A stretch of DNA of 32,514 nt from Nemertoderma westbladi (GCA_032718475.1 JAUCBJ010003389.1:1-32514), one strand, 5' to 3'; positions 1-11,751 are shown, counted from the stretch's first letter. Notes: generated by a model not told the origin, from the sequence alone. Program-made: numbers and translations.

Positions 1-3000
1 AGGGGTGGGCGCTACTCCTATCTGTTACCCGAAGGTAGGGGTGGGCGCCACTCCTATCTGCTACCCGAGGGTAGGGGTGGGCGCTACTCCTATCTGATAC
101 CCGAGGGTAGGGGTGGGTGCTACTCCTATCTGTTACCCGAGGGTAGGGGTGGGCGCTACTCCTATCTGTTACCCGAAGGTAGGGGTGGGCGCTACTCCTA
201 TCTGCTACACGAAGGTAGGGGTGGGCGCTACTCCTATCTGCTACCCGAGGGTAGGGGTGGGCGCTACTCCTATCTGCTACCCGAAGGTAGGGGTGGGCGC
301 TACTCCTATCTGCTACCCGAGGGTAGGGGTGGGTGCTACTCCTATCTGCTACCCGAGGGTAGGGGTGGGCGCTACTCCTATCTGCTACCCGAGGGTAGGG
401 GTGGGCGCCACTCCTATCTGCTACCCGAGGGTAGGGGTGGGTGCTACTCCTATCTGCTACCCGAGGGTAGGGGTGAGCGCTACTCCTATCTGCTACCCGA
501 GGGTAGGGGTGGGTGCTACTCCTATCTGCTACCCGAGGGTAGGGGTAGGCGCTACTCCTATCTGCTACCCGAGGGTAGGGGTGGGCGCTACTCCTATCTG
601 CTACCCGAGGGTAGGGGTAGGCGCTACTCCTATCTGCTACCCGAGGGTAGGGGTGGGCGCTACTCCTATCTGCTACCCGAGGGTAGGGGTGGGCGCCACT
701 CCTATCTGCTACATGAGGGTAAGGGTGGGCGCTACTCCTATCTGCTAGCCGACGGTAGGGGTGGGCGCTACTCCTATCTACTACCCGAAGGTAGGGGTGG
801 GCGCTACTCCTATCTGCTACCCGAGGGTAGGGGTGGGAGCTACTCCTATCTGCTACCCGAGGGTAAGGGTGGGCGCTACTCCTATCTGCTAGCCGACGGT
901 AGGGGTGGGCGCTACTCCTATCTACTACCCGAAGGTAGGGGAGGGCGCTACTCCTATCTGTTACCCGAGGGTAGGGATGGGCGCTACTCCTATCTGTTAC
1001 CTGAAGGTAGGGGTGGGTGCTACTCCTATCTGTTACCCGAGGGTAGGGGTGGGAGCTACTCCTATCTGCTACCCTAGGGTAGGGGTGGGTGCTACTCCTA
1101 TCTGCTACCCGAAGGTAGGGGTGGGAGCTACTCCTATCTGCTACCCTAGGGTAGGGGTGGGAGCTACTCCTATCTGCTACCCGAAGGTAGGGGTGGGCGC
1201 TACTCCTATCTGCTACCCGAGGGTAGGGGTGGGCGCTACTCCTATCTGCTACCCGAGGGTAGGGGTGGGCGCTACTCCTATCTGCTACCCGAAGGTTGGG
1301 GAGGGCGCCACTCCTATCTGCTACCCGAAGGTAGGGGTGGGCGCTACTCCTATCTGCTACCCGAGGGTAGGGGTGGGCGCTACTCCTATCTGCTACCCGA
1401 GGGTAGGGGTGGGCGCTACTCCTATCTGCTACCCGAGGGTAGGGGTGGGCGCTACTCCTATCTGCTACCCTATGGTAGGGGTGGGCGCTACTCCTATCTG
1501 CTACCCGAGGGTAGGGGTGGGTGCTACTCCTATCTGCTACCCTAAGGTAGGGGTGGGCGCTACTCCTATCTGCTACCCGAGGGTAGGGGTGGGCGCTACT
1601 CCTATCTGCTACCCGAAGGTAGGAGTGGAGCGCTACTCCTATCTGCTACCCGAAGGTAGGGGTGGGCGCTACTCCTATCTGCTACCCGAGGGTAGGGGTG
1701 GGCGCTACTCCTATCTGCTACCCGAGGGTAGGGGTGGGCGCTACTCCTATCTGCTACCCGAAGGTAAGGGTGGGCGCTACTCATATCTGCTACCCGAGGG
1801 TAGGGGTGGGAGCTACTCCTATCTGCTACCCGAAGGTAAGGGTGGGCGCTACTCATATCTGCTACCCGAGGGTAGGGGTGGGCGCTACTCCTATCTGCTA
1901 CCCGAAGGTAGGAGTGAGCGCTACTCATATCTGCTACCCGAAGGTTGGAGTGGGCGCTACTCCTATCTGCTACCCGAGGGTAGGGGTGGGAGCTACTCCT
2001 ATCTGCTACCCGAGGGTAGGGGTGGGCGCTACTCCTATCTGCTACCCGAAGGTATGGGGTGGGCGCTACTCCTATCTGCTACCCGAGGGTAGGGGTGGGA
2101 GCTACTCCTATCTGCTACCCGAGGGTAGGGGTGGGCGCTACTCCTATCTGCTACCCGAGGGTAGGGGTGGGCGCTACTCCTATCTGCTACCCGAAGGTAT
2201 AGGGGTGGGCGCTACTCCTATCTGCTACCCGAAGGTAGGGGTGGGAGCTACTCCTATCTGCTACCCGAGGGTAGGGGTGGGCGCTACTCCTATCTGCTAC
2301 CCGAAGGTAGGGGTGGGCGCTACTCCTATCTGCTACCCGAGGGTAGGGGTGGGCGCTACTCCTATCTGCTACCCGAGGGTAGGGGTGGGCGCTACTCCTA
2401 TCTGCTACCCGAGGGTAGGGGTGGGCGCTACTCCTACATGCTACCCGAAGGTATAGGGGTGGGCGCTACTCCTATCTGCTACCCGAAGGTATAGGGGTGG
2501 GCGCTACTCCTATCTGCTACCCGAGGGTAGGGGTGGGAGCTACTCCTATCTGCTACCCGAGGGTAGGGGTGGGAGCTACTCCTATCTGCTACCCGAGGGT
2601 AGGGGTGGGCGCTACTCCTATCTGCTACCCGAAGGTTAGGGGTGGGCGCTACTCCTATCTGCTACCCGAGGGTAGGGGTGGGAGCTACTCCTATCTGCTA
2701 CCCGAGGGTAGGGGTGGGAGCTACTCCTATCTGCTACCCGAAGGTAGGGGTGGGCGCTACTCCTATCTGCTACCCGAAGGTAGGGGTGGGCGCTACTCCT
2801 ATCTGCTACCCGAGGGTAGGGGTGGGAGCTACTCCTATCTGCTACCCGAAGGTAGGGGTGGGCGCTACTCCTATCTGCTACCCGAGGGTAGGGGTAGGCG
2901 CTACTCCTATCTGCTACCCGAGGGTAGGGGTGGGCGCTACTCCTATCTGCTACCCGAGGGTAGGGGTGGGAGCTACTCCTATCTGCTACCCGAGGGTAGG

Positions 3001-3815
3001 GGTGGGCGCCACTCCTATCTGCTACCCTAGGGTAGGGGTGGGCGACTACTCCTATCTGCTACCCGAGGGTAGGGGTGGGCGCTACTCCTATCTGCTACCC
3101 GAGGGTAGGGGTGGGAGCTACTCCTATCTGCTACCCGAGGGTAGGGGTGGGCGCTACTCCTATCTGCTACCCGAGGGTAGGGGTGGGAGCTACTCCTATC
3201 TGCTACCCGAAGGTAGGGGTGGGCGCTACTCCTATCTGCTACCCGAGGGTAGGGGTGGGAGCTACTCCTATCTGCTACCCGAGGGTAGGGGTGGGCGCCA
3301 CTCCTATCTGCTACCCTAGGGTAGTGGTGGGCGACACTCCTATCTGCTACCCGAGGGTAGGGGTGGGCGCTACTCCTATCTGCTACCCGAGGGTAGGGGT
3401 GGGAGCTACTCCTATCTGCTACCCGAGGGTAGGGGTGGGCGCTACTCCTATCTGCTACCCGAGGGTAGGGGTGGGCGCCACTCCTATCTGCTACCCTAGG
3501 GTAGTGGTGGGCGACTACTCCTATCTGCTACCCGAGGGTAGGGGTGGGCGCTACTCCTATCTGCTACCCGAGGGTAGGGGTGGGAGCTACTCCTATCTGC
3601 TACCCGAAGGTATAGGGGTGGGCGCTACTCCTATCTGCTACCCGAGGGTAGGGGTGGGAGCTACTCCTATCTGCTACCCGAGGGTAGGGGTGGGCGCTAC
3701 TCCTATCTGCTACCCGAGGGTAGGGGTGGGCGCTACTCCTATCTGCTACCCGAGGGTAGGGGTGGGCGCTACTCCTATCTGCTACCCGAGGGTAGGGGTA
3801 GGCGCTACTCCTATC
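1..3815. repeat. Minisatellite array 1, 36-bp unit, about 106 copies, truncated at the window start
   Basis: The consensus GGGTAGGGGTGGGCGCTACTCCTATCTGCTACCCGA repeats continuously to ...CTCCTATC at 3815. Variants are few (GAAGGT/GAGGGT, GGGAGC/GGGCGC/GGGTGC), with occasional 1-2 bp insertions. Confidence 0.98.
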
Positions 3816-3955
3816 ACAAGTTTTTCTCCCAGTAATTCAACTGGTCCTCATTATATCGACCCCAGTGGATGAAAAGCCGAGTGAACCCTGGCGGGGCTGA
3901 ACCTACAACCAATAGATTGAGGGCCCGGCGCCTCAACCATCTGAGCTACCCCGCC
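3781..3955 (-). mobile_element. tRNA-derived SINE (head and central domain) whose body runs into array 1
   Basis: The minus strand reads GGCGGGGTAGCTCAGATGGTTGAGGCGCCGGGCCCTCAATCTATTGGTTGTAGGTTCAGCCCCGCCAGG, a tRNA-like head with A and B boxes. It continues GTTCACTCGGCTTTTCATCCACTGGGGTCGATATAATGAGGACCAG (3886-3841), which resembles the CTCAGCCTTTCATCC..GAGGTCGATAAAATGAGTACCAG central domain recalled from widespread animal SINEs. The superfamily name is not verified. Confidence 0.85.
3893..3948 (-). promoter_or_regulatory. RNA polymerase III type 2 internal promoter (A and B boxes) of the SINE
   Basis: A box TAGCTCAGATGG at 3948-3937. Degenerate B box GGTTCAGCCCC at 3903-3893 (consensus GGTTCGANNCC). 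The spacing is tRNA-like. Confidence 0.7.
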
Positions 3956-4316
3956 TATAATTAATTACATCGAAGATTGTTATTGGCCTTCAAATATTTG
4001 GCAACAAGGGCCAACAAAGGTTGAAATGGCGGTGACCGTTATGCTAAACTATAGCCAACTACTCACTCTGTACTGTAGATACTATATGTGAAAGAACAAA
4101 ACTACACACAACACTGCGAAGCAGGGCTTTTTTTTCAAAATGTCCGCTGTGAAAAGTTTCTAAACGGTGAGGAAAAATTTAGAAAATCTCTAATTTGTTT
4201 AGAAAACCAAAATAATTTGCCCAATGACGAATTTGAAAAATTTGAATTTGAATTTTGAAAAGTAGGCCATGTATTAGTTCCTGTATTGCTTTGTTTTCTA
4301 CTTTATTCAACCATAA

Positions 4317-4735
4317 GGTATTGTACTGGTAAGTCGTATGTCGTATATGTCATAAGTCAAAATAAATTATGGAACACATTGGTTTCAATTAAATGGGAGC
4401 GCTTCCACTGGTATGTCATAAGTCGTTTGTTACGACTCATGAGTCGAAAGTGATTATGTCCCATGTTCCATCTTTTGACATACGACTCATGAGTTATATC
4501 CGGCAAGAGGCCTGTCATTAGTTCTTTGGGTACCAGCAAGCCAGAAAATATTGTACAGCAATTTATGGTGTTCCATTAAATGTTAGGCGCATCTTATATT
4601 TTTTAAGAAAGGACTTATGACTTACCAGTATAGAGCACGGGAGATATATGCCTACTTTTGACATCAACGGACTTGACAATATCTGAAAGCGACTTATGAC
4701 ATACGACTCATGAGTTACCAGTGGTGCGCGGGCCT
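4317..4735. mobile_element. Degenerate palindromic non-autonomous DNA transposon (MITE-like, possibly PIF/Harbinger type)
   Basis: Nested perfect inverted repeats: TACTGGTAAGTC 4324-4335 / GACTTACCAGTA 4619-4630; TATGTCATAAGTC 4346-4358 / 4691-4703; GTATGTCATAAGTCG 4411-4425 / 4690-4704; CCACTGGTA 4405-4413 / 4716-4724. A 14-bp palindrome CGACTCATGAGTCG lies at 4433-4446. The right end ...GCGCGGGCC resembles GGCC-starting TIRs. The left terminus is degraded and there is no clean TSD. Confidence 0.55.
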
Positions 4736-7700
4736 ACGTAATGAGTTACCAGTGGAGCGCGGGCCTACGTAATGAGTTACCAGTGGGGCGCGGGCCTACG
4801 TAATGAGTTACCAATGGAGCGCGGGCCTACGTAATGAGTTACCAATGGAGCGCGGGCCTACGTAATGAGTTACCAATAAGGCGCGGGCCTACGTAATGAG
4901 TTACCAATGAGGCGCGGACCTACGTAATGAGTTACCAATAAGGCGCGGGCCTACGTAATGAGTTACCAATGAGGCGCGGACCTACGTAATGAGTTATCAA
5001 TGAGGCGCGGGCCTACGTAATGAGTTACCAATAAGGCGCGGGCCTACGTAATGAGTTACCAATGAGGCGCGGACCTACGTAATGAGTTACCAATAAGGCG
5101 CGGGCCTACGTAATGAGTTACCAATGGAGCGCGGGCCTACGTAATGAGTTACCAGTGGGGCGCGGGCCTACGTAATGAGTTACCAATGAGGCGCGGGCCT
5201 ACGTAATGAGTTACCAATGATGCGCGGGCCTACGTAATGAGTTACCAATGAGGCGCGGGCCTACGTAATGAGTTACCAATGAGGCGCGGGCCTACGTAAT
5301 GAGTTACCAATGAGGCGCGGGCCTACGTAATGAGTTACCAATGAGGCGCGGGCCTACGTAATGAGTTACCAATGAGGCGCGGGCCTACGTAATGAGTTAC
5401 CAATGAGGCGCGGGCCTACGTAATGAGTTACCAATGAGGCGCGGGCCTACGTAATGAGTTACCAGTGGGACTCGGGCCTACGTAATGAGTTACCAGTGGG
5501 GCGCGGGCCTACGTAATGAGTTACCAGTGGGGCGCGGGCCTACGTAATGAGTTACCAGTGGGGCGCGGGCCTACGTAATGAGTTACCAGTGGGGCGCGGG
5601 CCTACGTAATGAGTTACCAGTGGGACGCGGGCCTACGTAATGAGTTACCAGTGGGGCGCGGGCCTACGTAATGAGTTACCAGTGGGGCGCGGGCCTACGT
5701 AATGAGTTACCAATGGAGCGCGGGCCTACGTAATGAGTTACCAGTGGGGCGCGGGCCTACGTAATGAGTTACCAATGAGGCGCGGGCCTACGTAATGAGT
5801 TACCAATGATGCGCGGGCCTACGTAATGAGTTACCAATGAGGCGCGGGCCTACGTAATGAGTTACCAATGAGGCGCGGGCCTACGTAATGAGTTACCAAT
5901 GAGGCGCGGGCCTACGTAATGAGTTACCAATGAGGCGCGGGCCTACGTAATGAGTTACCAATGAGGCGCGGGCCTACGTAATGAGTTACCAATGAGGCGC
6001 GGGCCTACGTAATGAGTTACCAATGAGGCGCGGGCCTACGTAATGAGTTACCAGTGGGACTCGGGCCTACGTAATGAGTTACCAGTGGGGCGCGGGCCTA
6101 CGTAATGAGTTACCAGTGGGGCGCGGGCCTACGTAATGAGTTACCAGTGGGGCGCGGGCCTACGTAATGAGTTACCAGTGGGGCGCGGGCCTACGTAATG
6201 AGTTACCAGTGGGACGCGGGCCTACGTAATGAGTTACCAGTGGGGCGCGGGCCTACGTAATGAGTTACCAGTGGGGTTCGGGCCTACGTAATGAGTTACC
6301 AGTGGGGCGCGGGCCTACGTAATGAGTTACCAGTGGGACGCGGGCCTACGTAATGAGTTACCAGTGGGGTTCGGGCCTACGTAATGAGTTACCAGTGGGG
6401 CGCGGGCCTACGTAATGAGTTACCAATAAGGCGCGGGCCTACGTAATGAGTTACCAATGAGGCGCGGGCCTACGTAATGAGTTACCAATGAGGCGCGGGT
6501 CTACGTAATGAGTTACCAATGAGGCGCGGGCCTACGTAATGAGTTACCAATAAGGCGCGGGCCTACGTAATGAGTTACCAATGAGGCGCGGGCCTACGTA
6601 ATGAGTTACCAATAAGGCGCGGGCCTACGTAATGAGTTACCAATGAGGCGCGGGCCTACGTAATGAGTTACCAATGAGGCGCGGGCCTACGTAATGAGTT
6701 ACCAGTGAGGCGCGGGCCTACGTAATGAGTTACCAGTGAGGCGCGGGCCTACGTAATGAGTTACCAGTGGGGCGCGGGCCTACGTAATGAGTTACCAGTG
6801 GGGCGCGGGCCTACGTAATGAGTTACCAATGAGGCGCGGGCCTACGTAATGAGTTACCAATGAGGCGCGGGCCTACGTAATGAGTTACCAATGAGGCGCG
6901 GGCCTACGTAATGAGTTACCAATGGAGCGCGGGCCTACGTAATGAGTTACCAATGAGGCGCGGGCCTACGTAATGAGTTACCAATGAGGCGCGGGCCTAC
7001 GTAATGAGTTACCAATGAGGCGCGGGCCTACGTAATGAGTTACCAGTGGGGCGCGGGCCTACGTAATGAGTTACCAATGAGGCGCGGGCCTACGTAATGA
7101 GTTACCAATGAGGCGCGGGCCTACGTAATGAGTTACCAATGAGGCGCGGGCCTACGTAATGAGTTACCAGTGGGGCGCGGGCCTACGTAATGAGTTACCA
7201 ATGGAGCGCGGGCCTACGTAATGAGTTACCAATGAGGCGCGGGCCTACGTAATGAGTTACCAATGAGGCGCGGGCCTACGTAATGAGTTACCAATGAGGC
7301 GCGGGCCTACGTAATGAGTTACCAGTGGGGCGCGGGCCTACGTAATGAGTTACCAATGGAGCGCGGGCCTACGTAATGAGTTACCAATGAGGCGCGGGCC
7401 TACGTAATGAGTTACCAGTGGGGCGCGGGCCTACGTAATGAGTTACCAATGGAGCGCGGGCCTACGTAATGAGTTACCAATGAGGCGCGGGCCTACGTAA
7501 TGAGTTACCAATGAGGCGCGGGCCTACGTAATGAGTTACCAGTGGGGCGCGGGCCTACGTAATGAGTTACCAATGGAGCGCGGGCCTACGTAATGAGTTA
7601 CCAGTGGGGCGCGGGCCTACGTAATGAGTTACCAGTGGGGCGCGGGCCTACGTAATGAGTTACCAATGAGGCGCGGGCCTACGTAATGAGTTACCAATGA

Positions 7701-10289
7701 GGCGCGGGCCTACGTAATGAGTTACTAATGAGGCGCGGGCCTACGTAATGAGTTACCAGTGGGGCGCGGGTCTACGTAATGAGTTACCAATGGGGCGCGG
7801 GCCTACGTAATGAGTTACCAATGAGGCGCGGGCCTACGTAATGAGTTACCAATAAGGCGTGGGCCTACGTAATGAGTTACCAATAAGGCGCGGGCCTACG
7901 TAATGAGTTACCAATGAGGCGCGGGCCTACGTAATGAGTTACCAATGGGGCGCGGGCCTACGTAATGAATTACCAATGAGGCGCGGGCCTACGTAATGAG
8001 TTACCAATGATGCGCGGGCCTACGTAATGAGTTACCAATGAGGCGCGGGCCTACGTAATGAGTTACCAATGAGGCGCGGGCCTACGTAATGAGTTACCAA
8101 TGAGGCGCGGGCCTACGTAATGAGTTACCAATGAGGCGCGGGCCTACGTAATGAGTTACCAATGAGGCGCGGGCCTACGTAATGAGTTACCAGTGGGACT
8201 CGGACCTACGTAATGAGTTACCAATGAGGCGCGGGCCTACGTAATGAGTTACCAATGAGGCGCGGGCCTACGTAATGAGTTACCAATGAGGCGCGGGCCT
8301 ACGTAATGAGTTACCAATGAGGCGCGGGCCTACGTAATGAGTTACCAATGAGGCGCGGGCCTACGTAATGAGTTACCAATGAGGCGCGGGCCTACGTAAT
8401 GAGTTACCAATGAGGCGCGGGCCTACGTAATGAGTTACCAATGAGGCGCGGACCTACGTAATGAGTTACCAATGAGGCGCGGGCCTACGTAATGAGTTAC
8501 CAATGAGGCGCGGGCCTACGTAATGAGTTACCAGTGGGGCGCGGGCTACGTAATGAGTTACCAATAAGGCGCGGGCCTACGTAATGAGTTACCAGTGGGG
8601 CGCGGGCATACGTAATGAGTTACCAATGATGCGCGGGCCTACGTAATGAGTTACCAATGAGGCGCGGGCCTACGTAATGAGTTACCAATGATGCGCGGGC
8701 CTACGTAATGAGTTACCAATGATGCGCGGGCCTACGTAATGAGTTACCAGTGGGGCGCGGGTCTACGTAATGAGTTACCAATAAGGCGCGGGCCTACGTA
8801 ATGAGTTACCAATGGAGCGCGGGCCTACGTAATGAGTTACCAATGATGCGCGGGCCTACGTAATGAGTTACCAATGATGCGCGGGCCTACGTAATGAGTT
8901 ACCAGTGGGGCGCGGGCCTACGTAATGAGTTACCAATGATGCGCGGGCCTACGTAATGAGTTACCAATGATGCGCGGGCCTACGTAATGAGTTACCAATG
9001 AGGCGCGGGCCTACGTAATGAGTTACCAATGAGGCGCGGGCCTACGTAATGAGTTACCAATGATGCGCGGGCCTACGTAATGAGTTACCAATGATGCGCG
9101 GGCCTACGTAATGAGTTACCAGTGGGGCGCGGGCCTACGTAATGAGTTACCAATGATGCGCGGGCCTACGTAATGAGTTACCAATGATGCGCGGGCCTAC
9201 GTAATGAGTTACCAATGAGGCGCGGGCCTACGTAATGAGTTACCAATGAGGCGCGGGCCTACGTAATGAGTTACCAATGAGGCGCGGACCTACGTAATGA
9301 GTTACCAATGAGGCGCGGGCCTACGTAATGAGTTACCAATGAGGCGCGGGCCTACGTAATGAGTTACCAGTGGGGCGCGGGCTACGTAATGAGTTACCAA
9401 TAAGGCGCGGGCCTACGTAATGAGTTACCAGTGGGGCGCGGGCATACGTAATGAGTTACCAATGATGCGCGGGCCTACGTAATGAGTTACCAATGAGGCG
9501 CGGGCCTACGTAATGAGTTACCAATGATGCGCGGGCCTACGTAATGAGTTACCAATGATGCGCGGGCCTACGTAATGAGTTACCAGTGGGGCGCGGGTCT
9601 ACGTAATGAGTTACCAATAAGGCGCGGGCCTACGTAATGAGTTACCAATGGAGCGCGGGCCTACGTAATGAGTTACCAATGATGCGCGGGCCTACGTAAT
9701 GAGTTACCAATGATGCGCGGGCCTACGTAATGAGTTACCAGTGGGGCGCGGGCCTACGTAATGAGTTACCAATGATGCGCGGGCCTACGTAATGAGTTAC
9801 CAATGATGCGCGGGCCTACGTAATGAGTTACCAATGAGGCGCGGGCCTACGTAATGAGTTACCAATGAGGCGCGGGCCTACGTAATGAGTTACCAGTGGG
9901 GCGCGGGCCTACGTAATGAGTTACCAGTGGGGCGCGGGCCTACGTAATGAGTTACCAGTGGGGCGCGGGCCTACGTAATGAGTTACCAATGATGCGCGGG
10001 CCTACGTAATGAGTTACCAATGATGCGCGGGCCTACGTAATGAGTTACCAGTGGGGCGCGGGCCTACGTAATGAGTTACCAATGATGCGCGGGCCTACGT
10101 AATGAGTTACCAATGATGCGCGGGCCTACGTAATGAGTTACCAATGAGGCGCGGGCCTACGTAATGAGTTACCAATGAGGCGCGGGCCTACGTAATGAGT
10201 TACCAGTGGGGCGCGGGCCTACGTAATGAGTTACCAGTGGGGCGCGGGCCTACGTAATGAGTTACCAGTGGGGCGCGGGCCTACGTAAT
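4710..10289. repeat. Minisatellite array 2, 31-bp unit, 180 copies
   Basis: Consensus ATGAGTTACCAATGAGGCGCGGGCCTACGTA. Variation is concentrated in the ~7 nt after TTACCA (ATGAGG, GTGGGG, ATGGAG, ATAAGG, ATGATG, GTGGGA). Both ends are sharp. Confidence 0.98.
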
Positions 10290-10508
10290 CTTAAATATCA
10301 ACGAAATATTAAACTAATAAAGACCTATATTTTTGACTGACTATTAATTTGTTGTCACAAATTCCACAATGGAATCCTAAGTAAATGAAATGCCCATCTC
10401 CATCAATACCAGTAAATCACGAAGGGGAGCGAAGAGCGGCAGTGCGACTGGAGCAATATTGGTAATTTATGTAGAAGACTTGGGAGCGAATATAAAAAAA
10501 ATAACATA

Positions 10509-11751
10509 ATTAGCAAGTCGTAAGTAAGACTTGATTACTAGAGGGGTCTACTATTGAATTCTATTGAATAGGCCGAAACTGCAGAGAAGTATACTAGAGA
10601 CGGGCCTAGAGGCCCGTGAAGCAAGTCGTAGGAGACAGTACGAGTCAAGTAAAAGCTTTTTGTTCTGTCTGATAATCAATTAGTGTGAGGGTAGTCCCGG
10701 TGGTCTACGAGAAATTTTCTAGACAACTTCAAACTGTAATTATTATGTTGTAATCATCTAATGAATTATAAAAGCTGTTGTGATTATAGAAGATAGAGAG
10801 CAGTTAGCGAAATGATTATTTTGTTCTATCGGATAGAGTAGTCAGAGAGGAGTCGAGGTGTCAATTGATTAATAATAATAACATCAGTTGTCATGAATTC
10901 AATACAATCGCGCACAAGAAGTGAGAAGACAAATTTGTTCTTATTTTTGTAATAAATAAAACAAGTTGAGATGTTTCAATGTAAACCGCGATTATCAATA
11001 ATTTACACTGTTCAATGTAAACCACGATATTAATTAAATACAACAATTATATTATTATTATAGCAGATTTTTATATTTCAAACTCTCCGCTACAACTGTA
11101 TTACAATTCATTAGATAATTACAACATAATAATTATGGTTTGAAGCTTTTTTGTATAAATTGCTCCTACACCGGGCTACGATCAGACTAATTTATCGGAC
11201 AGAACAAAAAGCTTAACTTAACTCGTTATGTCTTATCCTTTGAATGGTGGAACAGTTTGTAATTGGACAAGTTCTTCTCAAACTCTTATCAACTAACCAA
11301 TTAAGTGTGCGAAGGCCCGCCATGAAAATGTAATTTGTAAAATTTGAATATGCTATTGAATGACTACATATGTATCAAGTAGGGTTTAATTTCATCAACG
11401 ATTGACCGAGTTAATAGGGATCAAAACTTTGACGACGACTGCTACAGACAACCCGATATTGGAACCACTATGCTAAGACCTTGTTCACTTCGTGGCTCGC
11501 CCTACAATAAGTATTAGCATTCATAGACCATTGGCTTCGCCAAGATAATAAAAATTTATCCATGGTCCGATGCGTAGCAGTCATTCTCTAAAATATTATT
11601 TGAGGCGCTGAATATTTCTGCCAATTACTAACCACATGTGTGCTACATAATAAAAATATTTGTTTACCAATTGAGGGAAAGGAGTACTTTATTGTAGAAT
11701 TTTATGTGACTTTACGACTTGTTTAATGGCGTCTTGACGCCGTCTCTAGTA
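10509..11751. mobile_element. Cluster of non-autonomous Helentron/DINE-1 (HINE)-like fragments
   Basis: Two related ends in opposite orientation, each TACTAGAGACGG + hairpin + CAAGTCGTA (10592 on +, 11751 on -). An internal IR at about 10653-10683 / 11188-11217 (AAGCTTTTTGTTCTGTC). A GACGACGAC..ACAGACA microsatellite-like tract at 11431-11450. A short hairpin TTGGC-TTC-GCCAA at 11531-11543. The family is inferred from architecture only. Confidence 0.45.

Noticed and set aside
113-3872. ORFs encoding (GATPICYPRVGV)n or (GGRYSYLLPEGR)n repeat proteins
   Set aside because: They result from a 36-bp period with stop-free frames. The starts are GTG, 1-2 bp insertions switch frames freely, scattered stops occur, and the unit adjoins a non-coding SINE.
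3884-3955. Functional tRNA gene on the minus strand
   Set aside because: The T-arm and anticodon stem pair poorly, the B box is degenerate, and the sequence runs into a SINE central domain.
4710-10289. CRISPR-like array (constant part plus variable part)
   Set aside because: The variable part is only about 7 nt drawn from a few related states. There are no unique spacers and no cas genes, and the context is eukaryotic. The same applies to arrays 1 and 3.
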